NCBI RefSeq assembly: GCF_009914755.1
Contig: NC_060925.1
Origin: the human T2T-CHM13v2.0 reference genome, Homo sapiens
Direction: 5' to 3' (one strand)
DNA: 64,000 nt
Shown here: positions 27,038 to 43,251 of the stretch, one piece after another
Numbering within the stretch: the first letter of the stretch is position 1
How the letters are laid out: the number at the start of each line of letters is the position of its first letter
Position numbers and translations under genes: made by a program
The notes under the pieces: generated by a model
Told to the model about the DNA's origin: nothing
Databases searched by the model: none
What the model saw: only the letters and a program-made list of their open reading frames with translations

Positions 27038-30000
27038 TATCCCTTCATCTCTACTGGTTATTGCTAAATTGTTTTCAAAAGGATTATTACCAGTTTACAC
27101 TTGCACTTGCAATGTGTAAGTTTTCACAGACTGGGAGAAGATTTATAACATGTGCATAACTGACAGGTTAATTTAGAATTAGCTTCTGTGATTTCAGAAA
27201 AAAAATCCCAATGGGAAACATGGGCAAAGAATATGAACAGGCAACTCACAGAAGAGGAACTCAAATGCTCAAATATGTTTGTAAATGAAGGAATTACAAA
27301 TATAAAATGTGTTTGTGTTGTCTTAACTTTGAAGAAGACTTGCAGACAGTTTGTTTTTATTTTTTGACAGAAATAAGGTACTGTTTAATGGGGAACTTTT
27401 GAACAGAACTACAGCTAGCACTTAGAGAGTCTCTGAACAGTTTAGGAAAAGGAGCTCCCTCTCGACATGCAAAGGAAAATGTCTCTTCACTAAGGTTCAA
27501 GGCTTGGCGAACAATGAAGGCCAGATTTTAGATCCACTTGTGCCAGGCACCGTTGTGCAAAGCACAATCTGCATATCTGTACATGATGCCCTGCCCCTGA
27601 AGCATGTCTGTGGAGTCTTAGGTTTCCACAAAGAACACTATGAAAATTACTGCTAAATGGGTGGTGTCATTGAAGGGCTTTAAGCAAGGAAGTGAGACTA
27701 TTGTTTATTCTATGTGGTTTTAAGAATACTTTGCATTTGCAGAGAATGTTACAGAATTTCAAAGTATTTCAAAATATTTTTACAAGTAGACTTTCATTAA
27801 ATCAGCACCAAAATCCCTAGTGGTATACGGGGTGTTTGTTTTATCCTAACTTTACATACAAAAAGCTGAGGTTAAAAGTATATTTTCATTTGTACCCCCA
27901 CTTTTTCCAAAAGATAATAAAAGATTAAGTGAGCTGTACCACGGTCTCAGTTAGCCTCACAGCTATTAGAGTTTCTCTTGCTTTATTGGTTTTTAAAAAG
28001 ATTTTATTGTAAATGAAACTAGATACGGAAAACCACACAATACCAATGTATAAATTAATGAGTTATAAGGCAAACGTCTAGAACTCTTGTAATTATAACT
28101 AAGTCAAGAAATAGAACTTTTCTAGGCACCCCACAAACTTTTCAATGTGCCCCATCCCAATCATAATCTTTCTTCCCCCCCAAAATAGCCATTATTCTTT
28201 CTTTTATAGTAATAATGGGCTTTGGCCCATATATTGTTCCCAGGACCTCTTAGTGCTAATTTGTCTTTTGACTCTCACTCAAGAAAGAATGTTGGAATAT
28301 CACTGGTGAGACTGATAATATTATCAGGAATATTAGTTTTATATTTAAAAATACCCTGCCAACTTTACTACTCTATTGTTAGAAACAAATTACTTGCCAC
28401 ATACTATACAACCAACCTCAGCATACCAGTTGTAAATCACCATTTTAGACTGTGCGTCTTAGCTGCTTGAATATAGTGCTTTAAAAAATGCTTTGTAGTC
28501 CTCAAAAAACCTTAAATAACATTTTTATTAGTAGGAGAGTTGGGTAGCATACACAGCTGTAGAGCCAGAGGAGTTGGCAGTTTGCTGGAGCTACAATTTC
28601 TTATTATTTACAAAGAGCATATAGCACATAAGGCCTGATAACTGTCTCTTTTATTGAAGGAGACAAATTTTATAATCTGTTGTTTGTAAAACTGAACCAA
28701 ACTCTGTCATTTACATAGTTAACTACAACTTAGTTATAAAGTATTTCCCTAGTGATGACAAATAGTCCCACTGTTTCAGTCACCACTTGACTGTTATGTG
28801 GCAGAGTGGCATGTATATTTATATGGTTTATTATTTATTTTATGGTGTATATGTATTTTCTGCCTCCTTAAAAAGTAATTGTTCTAAGGAGTGTTTAATG
28901 TTATATCTGTGTGCTATTCTAAGAATGCCTGAACAGTTTTTAGTGTCTGCTTCCCACTTACTTTCCCAGGCTTTAGACCTGGTGGTTTTGTTTACATACT
29001 TTCTGGCAAGAGTGTCGACAGATTCCATTACAGGGTGAATGTGTATTTGAATGACTGTGAGTGAATGCATTACTTTGAGCACAAGTACGTTTTGTGTTTA
29101 GCATTTTCTGTAAAGCAGTTATATATGATATGTGATCACAGTTAAAACACTTTGTCATATTTTTCAAGTTTCAGAAGGTCTTGTGTGTAATAGTCCTTAT
29201 GAAAATATTGATTTAATGTTATTTCCTGATCTGTAATGGGGGAATAAAATTGATAAAGTGCCCATTTCTGATTATCTAGTGGGAAAATTTTGCTGATGGA
29301 GTATGAAGTAATTAATTGCTAGTGTTTCTTGTTTCTCTCATCTAAAAATACTTCCTAAAGCTAATGTAAAATAATTTTTAGTTTGCATTATAATGCCATA
29401 TTAAGTTGTATATTTGCATGGTATCCATATGGACAGTACTCTAGATTGTTTCTTTGCTAAATTGAATCTAAGGAATACATGAAGCAACTTTGGTAAATGA
29501 CTGTAGAGGTACAGTTTGCTCAGACAAAGCAATGGTATAAAATCATATTCATAGATACACAGAGATGAAAGAGATCTGATGGATTTAAAGATGAGACAAC
29601 AAGAGGAATACTAACTAAAACTAGTGACCTATCTTTTTCAGTGCTAAGATTGCAAATGAAGTCAAATTTATGTTCAGATAGCCTGATTAGCTTCACTTTG
29701 GACCACCTTGGGTCCATTGGTATTTATTGAGTACCCTAAATGGTAAAAGTATACTATACTGAAATTAGGATAATAGTATTACAATTTTCTGTAATAGTAG
29801 TAGTACTACAGGTAGTTGCAAATGGGAAAATATCTTAAGTGACTTATACAGGGACTCAAATTATAAGGGAACAAAATGGTTTTCTAGTCTTTAACTACTG
29901 GTAGGGTTTTTTTTGTTTGTTTTTTTTTCCCCCTCATAGACCCAATGTCACCTCCCAATTCTAATGTAAATTTTGTTTCTTCAGTAAGATACAAGAGGTG

Positions 30001-32371
30001 GGAAAACCTTAGTTGACATATTTTAAACTCATCTGTGGTTATATGTAAATTAAAAAAAAGCTGAGCGAAGTGAAATGTCTTATACAATTATAAAATCCAG
30101 GCACAGTTAAGATACAGCTTTCTGAAACTATTAATCTCCTTTTCTTTCCCCAAAGGATTGTAGTTCCTTCCTTAGTAATACGTGAATCATTCATCCTTTC
30201 AAACCTGACTAAATTGTAAATGGTTCTTTCTTCTCAGTGTCAGAGAAGAATAGTGGATGGGAGAATGGAGCCTCTCCCATCACCATTTTGTTCCCCTAGG
30301 ACCTCAAATAGTGGCATTTCTTTTGTTGTTATTGTTTCGTGGCAGTTGGTAACCTTTCTAAATTGAATACACTCAGCCATCTTATCTGAGACAAAAATAT
30401 TTCAAAAGTTCTTCTTGGCATCTGCATATTACTTGGGAAGTTTAGAAAAAAGATGTAAACATTCCATATACCAAATTGCTCCTTTGCAAGCTTAGCTACC
30501 ATGAAGCTAAAAGTCTAAGAGCTTTTAAAAGTTGGTTTGAATAAAATTATTTTGGCAAGAGTATTGTACAATTAAAGGAATTTATGCCTTAAGAGAAGTG
30601 AAAATAATTCTGTGCACATTAGAAATGAATGTCAGAGCCAAAGTTAGGATTCCTAGCCTGTGGTGATTTGCTTAATCTGATGCTTAGCTTATTAATGCAT
30701 ATCATATCCTATTTCCCTCAATGTTGTTTTCAAAAGAATGTACTCTCTTTTCCTCATACATTGAATCCGATGAATTTTAGTTATTTTTTCTTTGTCAGAA
30801 TTAATTTTTCCCAATATAGCTTTTAAAGACTGCCAATAGTAATTTTTCTTTTTTAAAGGACATGATTAAAGAACATTTTATTAGCTGTTTGTATTATCAC
30901 AGCAGTAACCCAGATAATATAAATGGACGAATTATTTATTTTTAAATCCATTGCCTTTGTGTTTTCATGGGGAGAAGAAAAAACCTAATATTTTAAAACC
31001 CCGAGATGTGTAGGGAAAATTAAAAATTTATTTATTGTTCTTACCCATCACTAAAAATGTTATAAATGTATTTGATTTTACTTTTTATTTAAATATAATT
31101 AATACAAACATAATTATATACTACCTAGAGGCAAAATTTGGTTTTAGGATAGAATAAAAAGGTAAATTACAAATTATTCCAGTATTTTCTAAGTTGCTTA
31201 TTTATTTATTGGCTGCCTGGGCTCATCGGGTGCAAAATATTATGGACTTTGCCTACAAGATGCTAACAGTCTGGAGCTGAGATGGACAGTCATTTACATC
31301 TAGTGTGATAAACGTAATGACAGATATGTACAGGGTACTGAGGAAGACCACAGAGGGAGGAGACCTAACTTTGACTGGTGGGATAAAGAGACAAGAGAGT
31401 CTGGGAAAACTTACTGGAGGACAAGATGTTTGAAATATGCAAGAACAAGGAACAAGGATGGGAATGGATGCCCTGGTTAAAGTAATAACATGAGCAAGGT
31501 ATTGAGGGCTGAGAGGGCCTGAAATTTGCCAATAGTTCATTATGACTGGGTATGTAGTAATGGCAGAGAGAGTACCTGCCTGCAGTTGGTGAGAAAGCCC
31601 TAGATTGGTGTGGCATGGGTGGAGAAGGAGTGAGTATGTGTGATACAAGAGATATGGGAATGATGGGAAAAGGAGGGGAGGAAAGGAGAGACAGACATAG
31701 AAAAAATATGAAAAAACAAACAAACAAACAAACAGCTCTCCTCCTGGGAAGTAACAGTTCAGGAGAAGCAACCTCTTAAGGATTAAGGAAGTCAAAGGTA
31801 AGAGAAAGTTAAATCAAGAGTTTTGCCACTACAAAATCTGTAGGAAATCCTGAAACAAAGGTGGGAAAATTATTTGAGTCAGAATATTAGGAATTGTAAT
31901 GCTTGTTTCTGTTTTCTGTAATGGATACCAATTACAATGTGCAAATCTGTAAGGATATAGATGTTTAGCTATTAATGCAAGAACCTAATTTGGGGATTTG
32001 AGGAGGTTAAGTAACTAGGGTTTAGTCATCTGAGCTTTTCTCTTCATTATACTCACTCCCTAAGCGGCCTTATCTGGTTCTAAGGTTTTAAATATCATCG
32101 ATATACTGATGACTCCCAAATTTTTATCTCCATCCCAACCTCTTCCATGAACCTCAGACTCATATATGTAAGTGCCTACTTGACATCTCCGCTGTGATCT
32201 AAAAAAGGCATCTCAAATTAGCATGTCCAAAAAGAAATCTTGATTTGCTCCTATACTTTCTCCTTCTGTCGTTTTCTTTTTGTCAATAAATGGCAACTCT
32301 ATTCATTCTGAAGCTCAGACCAAAAACCTTAGAGTCATTTTAAAATGTATACACACACACACACACACACA

Positions 32372-34310
<1,939 letters not shown>

Positions 34311-34786
34311 GTTTTTATTCTTCCATTTTCTCATACCCCCAAATTAATTTATCAGTAAACCCTGTCAATTCCTTAAAATTACATCCAGAATCTGTCCATT
34401 TCTTACCACTTACACTACAACTGTTACCACTCTGGCTTAAGCTGCTATTATCTCACCTCCTGGACCTACTAAGTGGTCCTCCTTTAAAACACTTGATATA
34501 TTAATGCTACTCAACATATTTCATATTTGGTTTTCTTTGATTATCTACTGTCTGTTTTCCTCCACTAGAAAGTAAGTTCCCTGAAAGTGAGAACTTGGTT
34601 TTGTTTATTGGTATATCCCTGGGGTCTAACCTGGTACCTGGTACATGGTGCTAAGTAAGTATTTGTTGAAAGATTGGGTAAGCTATCTTAGGCTACTGTG
34701 TTCCTGCAGCAGAGACTTCCTAATTAATACCTTAAAGAACATAAGAATATACTATAAGCAACCTTTTAAGAATTTCCAAAAAATTA

Positions 34787-35139
<353 letters not shown>

Positions 35140-38100
35140 TATGTATGTATCTGCAAAATCCATCCACTTGCAGGATTTATCACCATTTTCCACGCTTTGC
35201 ATTGTAACCTGCCAATGTTATGAATAGCCTCTTTACTTTTTAGTTGAATTTTTTTTCATTTATATTCTCTCTGCCCTTTCACCCCTCTTTTTCCCTAGTG
35301 CCTTGGGAAAAGGACTTATATTAATTCTGGAGTAGAGGGTTACTAGAACTAGTTCTTTCTTTGGAACATCTCTGAAGATATTCTTAGTTATGAGATTTGA
35401 TCCTCAAATGCTACATACTTTCTTGAAGGACCGTCCATTATTATTTCCCTGTAATTGAAAAATATTTCCACTTTCTGAAAGCATAATCCTTATTACAAAT
35501 TCATTTAATGACCACTATTTTATTTGAGTCCTAAAGTCTCATAATTGCAAAATGACTTCTGTCATTTGGCTTCTCTGCATATTAGGATGTGTGTCCTCAC
35601 CTTCCCTCTGCTAGAAATCTGCTGCTGGTGAAACCCCCAATTCTGGCAGCTTCTTTTAACTGATACAGCATTTTTTTTTCTCTTACCCTTAAACAAAAGC
35701 TTGCAGTTCATTACAGAATGACTTCCCACTGGGGTGGATAGCTTCATTGTTCAGTAAACCCCCTTGGAATTTTAGCTGCCTTGATTTTTTACTAGGAAGG
35801 CATTGGCATGAATTTCAAGGAGGTGGTCTGTTATCCCTGAAACTTTTCTTTGGGACTGAGCCTGTGGATGAATAAGGCTTCTTTGGTGCCTCTGACACCA
35901 ACTTAATTTTGCATTATGTTTCAGAGTTGCATTATGGCATGTCATTCCATTATATCATAATGAGGCAAATCAAGGAATTATTCCCTTTTACTAATAAGGC
36001 TATAGCATATATTATTTGGCCACATTGAAGAGGATAGGAGATACTTTCTATGGGTTGAAATTAATACTACTTTTAACCCATGATACATTCTATTTCAATA
36101 GCATTTGAAGTTAAAAGTAATGCGGTCTTCAACTTCTTGTCCTCTGTGTAAATCTCCAGAGATTACTTAGTATCTGTTTCAGAATCATTACAGAAAAATC
36201 AATGCTAAGATTTATGGAAAGCATTTAAATAGCTTGGACTAAAGGTATTAGCCAAATAGTGTTAACTGTGTATTTGCTTCAGGCTTGTTTTCAAGTTAGC
36301 TATATGAAGCTCTGGAATCACTTTTTTTCAGTACACAGAGCTCCTCTATGAACAGTTATGAGAAATAAAAACCTGTTGTGAGCATCAAATTTTGTTGCTG
36401 TTATTAAATAGCTATTATTATTGATACATATTTTTCTTTAGGTGGGATTTTTCCCTTTAGATATAACTGAGTTTAAAACTTGAAACTGTTAGTATTAATA
36501 CATAGGTTATATTTTTCATAGGTTGATTTCTATCCAATATGAACTATAAAGAATTTTATCGTTTATTGTTGTAGATTTGTGTGATGAAACATACAATATT
36601 TCCAGTATCTTCACAATATTTTTCCAAAGAACTGAGCTATTAAAATTTATACATATAAGGAAACATTCTGTCATTTCTAAAGTGAGATTTCAAACCATAA
36701 GCTTGTTAGAAATTAAGTGAGATTATAGTATTCTGGTGATACTTAAATGTTCTTGGGATCTTTACAATCATATGTGGTTTTTTAAGAACTTAAGAATCTT
36801 TTGTTACTGCTATTATTAATAGATTGGGAAAATATAATCTGTTGACTAAAAGGCAAAATAAACATTTTTAAGATTTTATGCAGTATCCTATAATGGAAAC
36901 AAACAAGAAAGGTCTTGTTCTTGTTTGTTGAGGAAAAGATGATGGCTTTGCTTTAAACATACTTGAAAAATCGACTAGAAGAGATCCTGAACAAGAAACT
37001 GTAAGACTTCTGGAATGTACCTTGAGTAACAGAGGCAGATAAACTATTTTATTCTGTTACTAGTGAGAAGATTCACTGGTAATTCACAATCACCGCCCCC
37101 TCCAACCAAATACCATAAACAAGGCCTCAGAAATGGGAACTTCCATTTCATTTTTGACAGTGATTTCTCTCAACTCTGAAAACAAAACCCCTTTTACAAC
37201 TCTGAGTTAGTTTTCAAATGTTAGGGTTTCCTGCATGGGTATTTGGGGTAAGTATGAAAATGTTTTGCTGCTTAAATCAAAGAACTCTGGAAACAGATAT
37301 AAATTGAGAATGGAAAAAGAGTAGTGAATAAGATGGAAATTTCTATTCTAAATTTCACTATATGGGCTACAATTCCCATATAGTTTTCCTTAGTGAACAC
37401 CACCCCCCAACACACACATACAAACACACCTTCTGATTTAAATAACATTATATCTTCAGAAATGGAAAATGTGTTAAAGTTGTGTTAACAGGCTTCCTTC
37501 TTGTCTGTGTCCCATTCTCATCACAGTCTACCAGTTAGGGATGTTTAGAGAAATTTATCTTGTGGCATTGAAGTGGCTTTATGTGCATTATATATTGGGT
37601 TTTATGTATATTGCATACTGTGAAGTAATCATGATACATGCTGACAACAAAAGATGTAGATAAGTTAAAATTTTAGTTGATCCATTGTCTGTTTCTTCTT
37701 TGCCATCTTTGTAGAAAAAAATTAATTCAAGATGGACAGCCTATAAAAATGTATCTTTTTCTATTATTATTAATTTAGATATTGGCGTGCCACTTTTGAA
37801 GAAGGAAAATACTTAGCTACATTAAAAGATTTGCATTGAAGAAGCAATTGTGATATGCTGCCTTTTATCACAGTGTGACTTCCCATCAGTGCTGAGTAAT
37901 GAAGTTTCTGATTAATATCTATCGTTGCTTTATCAGAATATCTTTCTCTAAAGTAAATCATTCTTGTGAATAAGAATCTAGCTAGTTGTAATGCAGTTCA
38001 GCATAGGTGGAAATAATTTTTTAAGGACTAAGTCAATTTCTGGGATTCAGACTGTTTCAGAAAAGAAACATTTTCTGTATTTCCACTAATGGCACAGTGT

Positions 38101-38384
38101 ACCTTAGTATGTTTGGGTTAGTATTCAGTTTTAGCAATAATCATGGAGGCAGGGGTATCTATAAATATTATATCCCAATTTGCAAGGTAGCAAAGTTGTA
38201 TATATACTACATAATATGACCACTTGACAGTTTATGAAGTCTTTTCATATATGCCATTTAATTGATTCATATAATAATCTTATGTGTAAACATAAAGGTG
38301 TACTACTATCTTCATTTCAAGTATCCTTGAAAAGACTTTCTCCATTGAATTGCCTTTGTACCTTTGTCAAAAATCAACTGACCA

Positions 38385-39065
38385 GCCTTATAGCACGTTA
38401 AGAAGTAACTTATATGATGTTATTAACACAAAGGATGGGGGAAGGAATGAAGCTATATTGGAGTAAACAATGACACCAGACAGTTATGTGAAGAAATGAA
38501 GAATACCAGGAATATTAAATATGTGAATGTAAAAGACCCTAATATATTTTCCTTTCTCCTCTTAACTTTATAAAAAGAAAATTATTTAAAGTAATAATTA
38601 CAACACTATATTACTGGGTTTAAATATATAAACATATATGACAATAATAGCATAAAGGTGGAGGAAAGGAATAAAGCTCTATTGGAGCAATTTCTATATT
38701 TTTTAGAATCAAGTTAGTATTAAGCTGAGAGAAATTGTGATAAACTAAGACGCAATAGTAATCTCTAGAGTCATCACTACGAAACTCAAGAAACTATAGT
38801 AAAAAAAAATACATTAATTAAAATGGTGTACTAGAAAATACCTATTTAATAGAAAAGAAGGTGATAAAGGAGGGTGAGAGGAAGTAAAAAGACATGTGAT
38901 ATATAGAAAACAAATAGCTAAATGGCAGGCATGAATCCAACCATACCAATGTTAATTTTAAATTTGAATAAACACTCAAAAGGGCAGAGATTGTCAGATT
39001 GGATATAAAAACAAGATCCAACTATATGCTATCTACAAAAGATACACTTCAGATTCAGAGACAAC
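38385..39065 (+). mobile_element. Old L1M inter-ORF / ORF2 5' fragment
   Basis: ggcagagattgtcagattggatataaaaacaagatccaactatatgctatctacaa is the start of the L1 endonuclease domain. Confidence 0.75.
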
Positions 39066-39296
39066 AATTTTGGAAAACTGTCAACTATTTCTATACCATT
39101 CTCTTTCCTTTCCTTCTGTGATTCCAATTATGTGTAATGTTGAACTTATTTGATACTATACCAGAAGACTCTGATGTTATTTTTTAAAATTATTTTTTCT
39201 CTTTTTACTTCAGTTTGGTTTCTTGTGACCTGTTTTCAAGTTTTCTAGTGCTTTCTTCTGTCACATCTCATCTAATTGAGTGACCGCAACTCCTAA

Positions 39297-39515
<219 letters not shown>

Positions 39516-39989
39516 TGATTTTAAGTGTGACTCAAGTCAGTCACAGAACTGCCACTTCCTTTGCCATAGGGAAAATTCAAGAAAAAAAGTCTTGATTTTC
39601 AGACGTCAGAAAATTGGTTATATTTTGTTCAAAGTAGCATGTTCCTAGTTATTTTTGCAAAAAAAAAATTGATTTCCTTACTCTTTGGAGAATTTCATGG
39701 TTTTCCAAAGTATTTTATGAAGTCATCATGCATTTAATTATTTAGTGAGTAGCTGAGGTGGAATGTAAAGGCTAATAATAGTTGTAAGTAAAAAAACGCT
39801 TATTTAAGAAATGTTAAATTGGTTGACATTTTGACAGGAACATTTTAATAAGATAAATGTGCTATATGTGATTTCTTTACATACTTTGTTGGTATAATTT
39901 GGATAATTACATTAAATATCTTTCTAATTTTGCTTTTGGATTACATTGTTTATCGGAGAAAAGTCCATCCTGATCTTTTTTTTTTCCAG

Positions 39990-40010
39990 AATATTTCTCT
40001 TAGAAGATGA
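39990..40010 (+). CDS. TSEN15: TSEN15 exon 5, coding part (NISLRR*)
   Basis: T-tract + ccag| AAT ATT TCT CTT AGA AGA TGA; total CDS 135+82+136+142+21 = 516 nt = 171 aa. Confidence 0.93.
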   Translation, partial: NISLRR

Positions 40011-40875
40011 CATCCATGTTTCCTGATGCTTGTTTTATTCATACAAGATTGGATTTGAGACCCATCAGACTGCTTCATCTTTTATCTCAGAAATAGGGTT
40101 GACGTACATAGTGAGGGTTGACTTCCCCATTCCATAAGGTTTTCATTCTGAAGAGTAAAACTTCCCCAGGTAGAAGACTTTCTCCTTCTTAAAAAATATA
40201 GGGTGATTTCTTTAAAACTTTGTTATCTAGAGACAGTTTAATTACAGTTATATACAGGTTTATGCCTAGGATGTATTCAGATGGGTGGGACCTGTGTGCT
40301 GCTTTTGTCATCCCACACTCAAAGTTGTCTCTTTGTTTCTTGCTGCCACTGCCAGCTCATTGTTGAGACTGCCATTTCTTTCTCTTACTCAGCTCTCCCC
40401 AGTGCCTTTTGGCCACTGCAGCTACCGTAGAATGGCATTTTATATGTACCTTGTCACCCACTTCTGTTTACTTTTTCCTCTCCAGTAAAAAGTAAAAGAT
40501 TTCTTTCAATTGGTCTTCCCATTGCAGTTACTGTTATTTCTCTTTTTTGGTTAACTTTAAATCAAAACTCAAAATATGTTCATCCAGAGTGTGTCTTAAG
40601 TAACTTACGTGTCTTAAGTAACAGGGACCAGAGACATGTTACCTACAAGAGTTCTGGGCTATCCTTTTCATTCTTATCACATATCATAGCTTGAATATTA
40701 CAACAGTGTGGGAGAGAATCAACCGTAAAAATGTCTTCATTAATTAGACCCAGTTATTCCACTTTTGTTAATGTCTCTCAAATTGTACAAAGTATAAAAA
40801 ATTATATGCACAAAGATGTTCCAAGTGACATTACTTTTAGTAGCCCAAATTATAAACCACTTTAAAGTTTGGGGT

Positions 40876-41075
40876 AAAGATTGGCAAACTTTTTCTATAA
40901 AGGGCCAGAAAGTAACTATTTTAGGTTTTTAAACCTACTGTCTCTGTCATAACTTGTCAACACTGCTGTATGAAGCACAAAAGCAGCCATAGACAATACA
41001 TAAACAATACGGGCGTGGCTTTGTTCCAGTAAAACTTTGTTTACAAATGTGGTGCCATAGTTTGTCATCCCTGGG
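40876..41075. mobile_element. MER58-like hAT MITE in the TSEN15 3' UTR
   Basis: ttggcaaactttttctataaagggccaga...aaaagcagccatagacaatacataaac..gttccagtaaaacttt..atagtttgtcatccctg. Confidence 0.8.
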
Positions 41076-41351
41076 TCTAGGAAATAGTCAATAAACAGAT
41101 ATATACAAATGATACATAATGTACTTATTAAAAATTAGTAATGAATATTATTAAAAACATGAAAATATTACCTTAAGTAAAAATTGCAAGACGGAAAAGT
41201 GTATAAGTGGGTGTAATCATGGCTGAAATAACAGACCAAGCATATGATAAAAAGATAACAAAGTAAATCAAATTACTAACTGGTTATAGTGGGATAGGAG
41301 GCAGAAAATGGATGACTTTGTCTTTTCTCAATGTTTTTATTTGTATTTTAT

Positions 41352-41374
41352 AATAAAAATGTTTTAAAATTAAA
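41352..41374 (+). terminator. TSEN15: Likely main TSEN15 polyadenylation signals (AATAAA 41352-41357, ATTAAA 41369-41374); 3' UTR ~40011-41380
   Basis: Hexamers preceded by U-rich/UGUA sequence (tttttatttgtatttt) and followed by GT-rich ggtgtctt. Confidence 0.7.
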
Positions 41375-41390
41375 AGGTGTCTTGAAATCT

Positions 41391-41840
41391 GTATTAGTTA
41401 TCTATCATTGCAAAATAATATTACCACAAATGTAGCAACTTAAAACAGCACACATTTATTATCTTATAGTTTTTGTGGGCAAGGGACCCGGGCACAGATT
41501 AGTTGGGTCCTCCATGAGGCTACAGTCAAGGTGTTGGGCAGGGCTCCAGTCTCATCTGAGACTTGACTGGGGAAGGGTCAGCTTTTTCACCCACATGGTT
41601 ATTAGTAGCCTTCAATTTCTTGAGAGTGCTCAATGCTTATATGCCATTGGCAGGAGGCCACCCTCAGCTCTTTGCCACGTGGGCCTTCTCAATATAACTG
41701 GTTGCTTCCTCAAAGCCAGCAAAGGAGAGTCTCAGCAAGATGGACCTTATAATCCTTATATAATGTAATCACATACATCCCATCACCTTTGCCGTATTCT
41801 GTTGATTGGAAGCAGGTCATAGGTCCTGCCTACACACTAG
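41391..41840 (-). mobile_element. MLT1 LTR fragment
   Basis: tgtattagttatctat..cttaaaacagcacacatttattatctt..gtcaaggtgttgggcagggct..catctga. Confidence 0.75.
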
Positions 41841-42770
41841 GGTTTCATGGCTGATTAGGAAACAACAATAACAAGAATGGAAAAATGATGAAAATTAGGA
41901 ACATCACAAAATAGTATAAAGCATCATTCTTCATCTGTAGTCATTCCTGACTCCTTCCTTTGATGGTATTTGAATTTCACTTTTATTCTTGGTGGGAGGT
42001 CTCCATAACTCCTTCAGGCTCCCTCTGCTTCCCCAGAGGACATGAAGATGGACCTATTCAGAACAATATGTGTTTGGGTGACTCTAGTGGAAAATTTGCA
42101 GGTCTAAGAATCCTCAAACAGTTTATGATAAATTCTTAGGGTCTCTTGATTTCTTAAGTCTCTCGTTTGATTCATTTTGAGGTCTTTCATTATAATTCTA
42201 GAAAAATAGCATTTTCAGAAAGAAGTGTAAGGATAATGTCAGATTTGTGTGTCGGATCTGTTGACCAGTGGGCTCCTATATAACTACAAAACCAGAAGTG
42301 TCTTTTGGGGTTGGCTGTGAAAGGCGCTTTCCCAACTCTTTAAACTAGGATTGAATCCTGCTGTATGTCTTGGGATGTTTACTCTATTTCAGAATGTTCC
42401 CTGTGTACTTCACCAAAGTTGTTCTGTCCAAAGCCAGCCAGACACATCCTAACATGAATAATGGCCCAGAACTTTTTGGAAAGGGAGGCCACCCAGCTGT
42501 GTATGTCTCATTTTAATGAAAAACTAGATAAAGTGATTTAAGTAATTTTGTAAGTGAGTTTACATTTGTCTCCCTGTTAGACTGGGCTCCTTAAGAACAG
42601 AACAAGAAATGTATTTTTTAATACATCTCTGTATCTTGCCTCTTTGCACAGTAACTCACATATAGTAAACCCTCAGTAAATACTTGGCAAATGAATGAAT
42701 GCTGATTATAGCCGTGTCTGATTATATAATGGCTTATTTTTTCCCTCAAGGCAAACTAAAACAATTCATT

Positions 42771-42789
42771 TGGACACCAGAGGGCACTG
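42771..42789 (+). promoter_or_regulatory. CTCF-binding motif (predicted)
   Basis: TGGACACCAGAGGGCACTG versus consensus TGGCCACCAGGGGGCGCTA; the differences fall mostly at degenerate positions. Confidence 0.6.
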
Positions 42790-43251
42790 CTAGATAACCA
42801 CAGCATTTTCAGACTCTACTAAGAGTAGATTAGCTGGAGAAGTGGTACTCTTGAAAATTTATTTTCAATCTGTAGGAAATAGCATAAATAAAAATATAAA
42901 TAAGTTTTACGTACTCACATCCCCTTTTTCTTTCTGGCATGCCTCTAAAATTATACTGACATTAAATATGTGACTTGATTCATGCTTTGCTTAAAATGTA
43001 GATCTATATTTAGAAATAAAAGCCTGTTTAGGGTAGGGGTAGATGGGGTGGGTTTTATATATATATATATATATTTTTTTTTTTCTTAGCCATATGAAAG
43101 TATGCATTTTAGTTTTTCATTCTAAAAGCCTAATTTATCCTGAAATGAATTTCAGGATCACATCACATAGCAATAAACCCCAGCTCTGGAACACTCACTA
43201 TTCTGGCTAAGTGCTGGTGGTAAAAGATATACATTGCTGCTTTAATATAAG

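Noticed and set aside
31253-31795. 180-aa minus-strand ORF
   Set aside because: Hydrophobic, low-information translation of the pyrimidine-rich strand of an L2-like/simple-repeat region; no motifs or splice structure.
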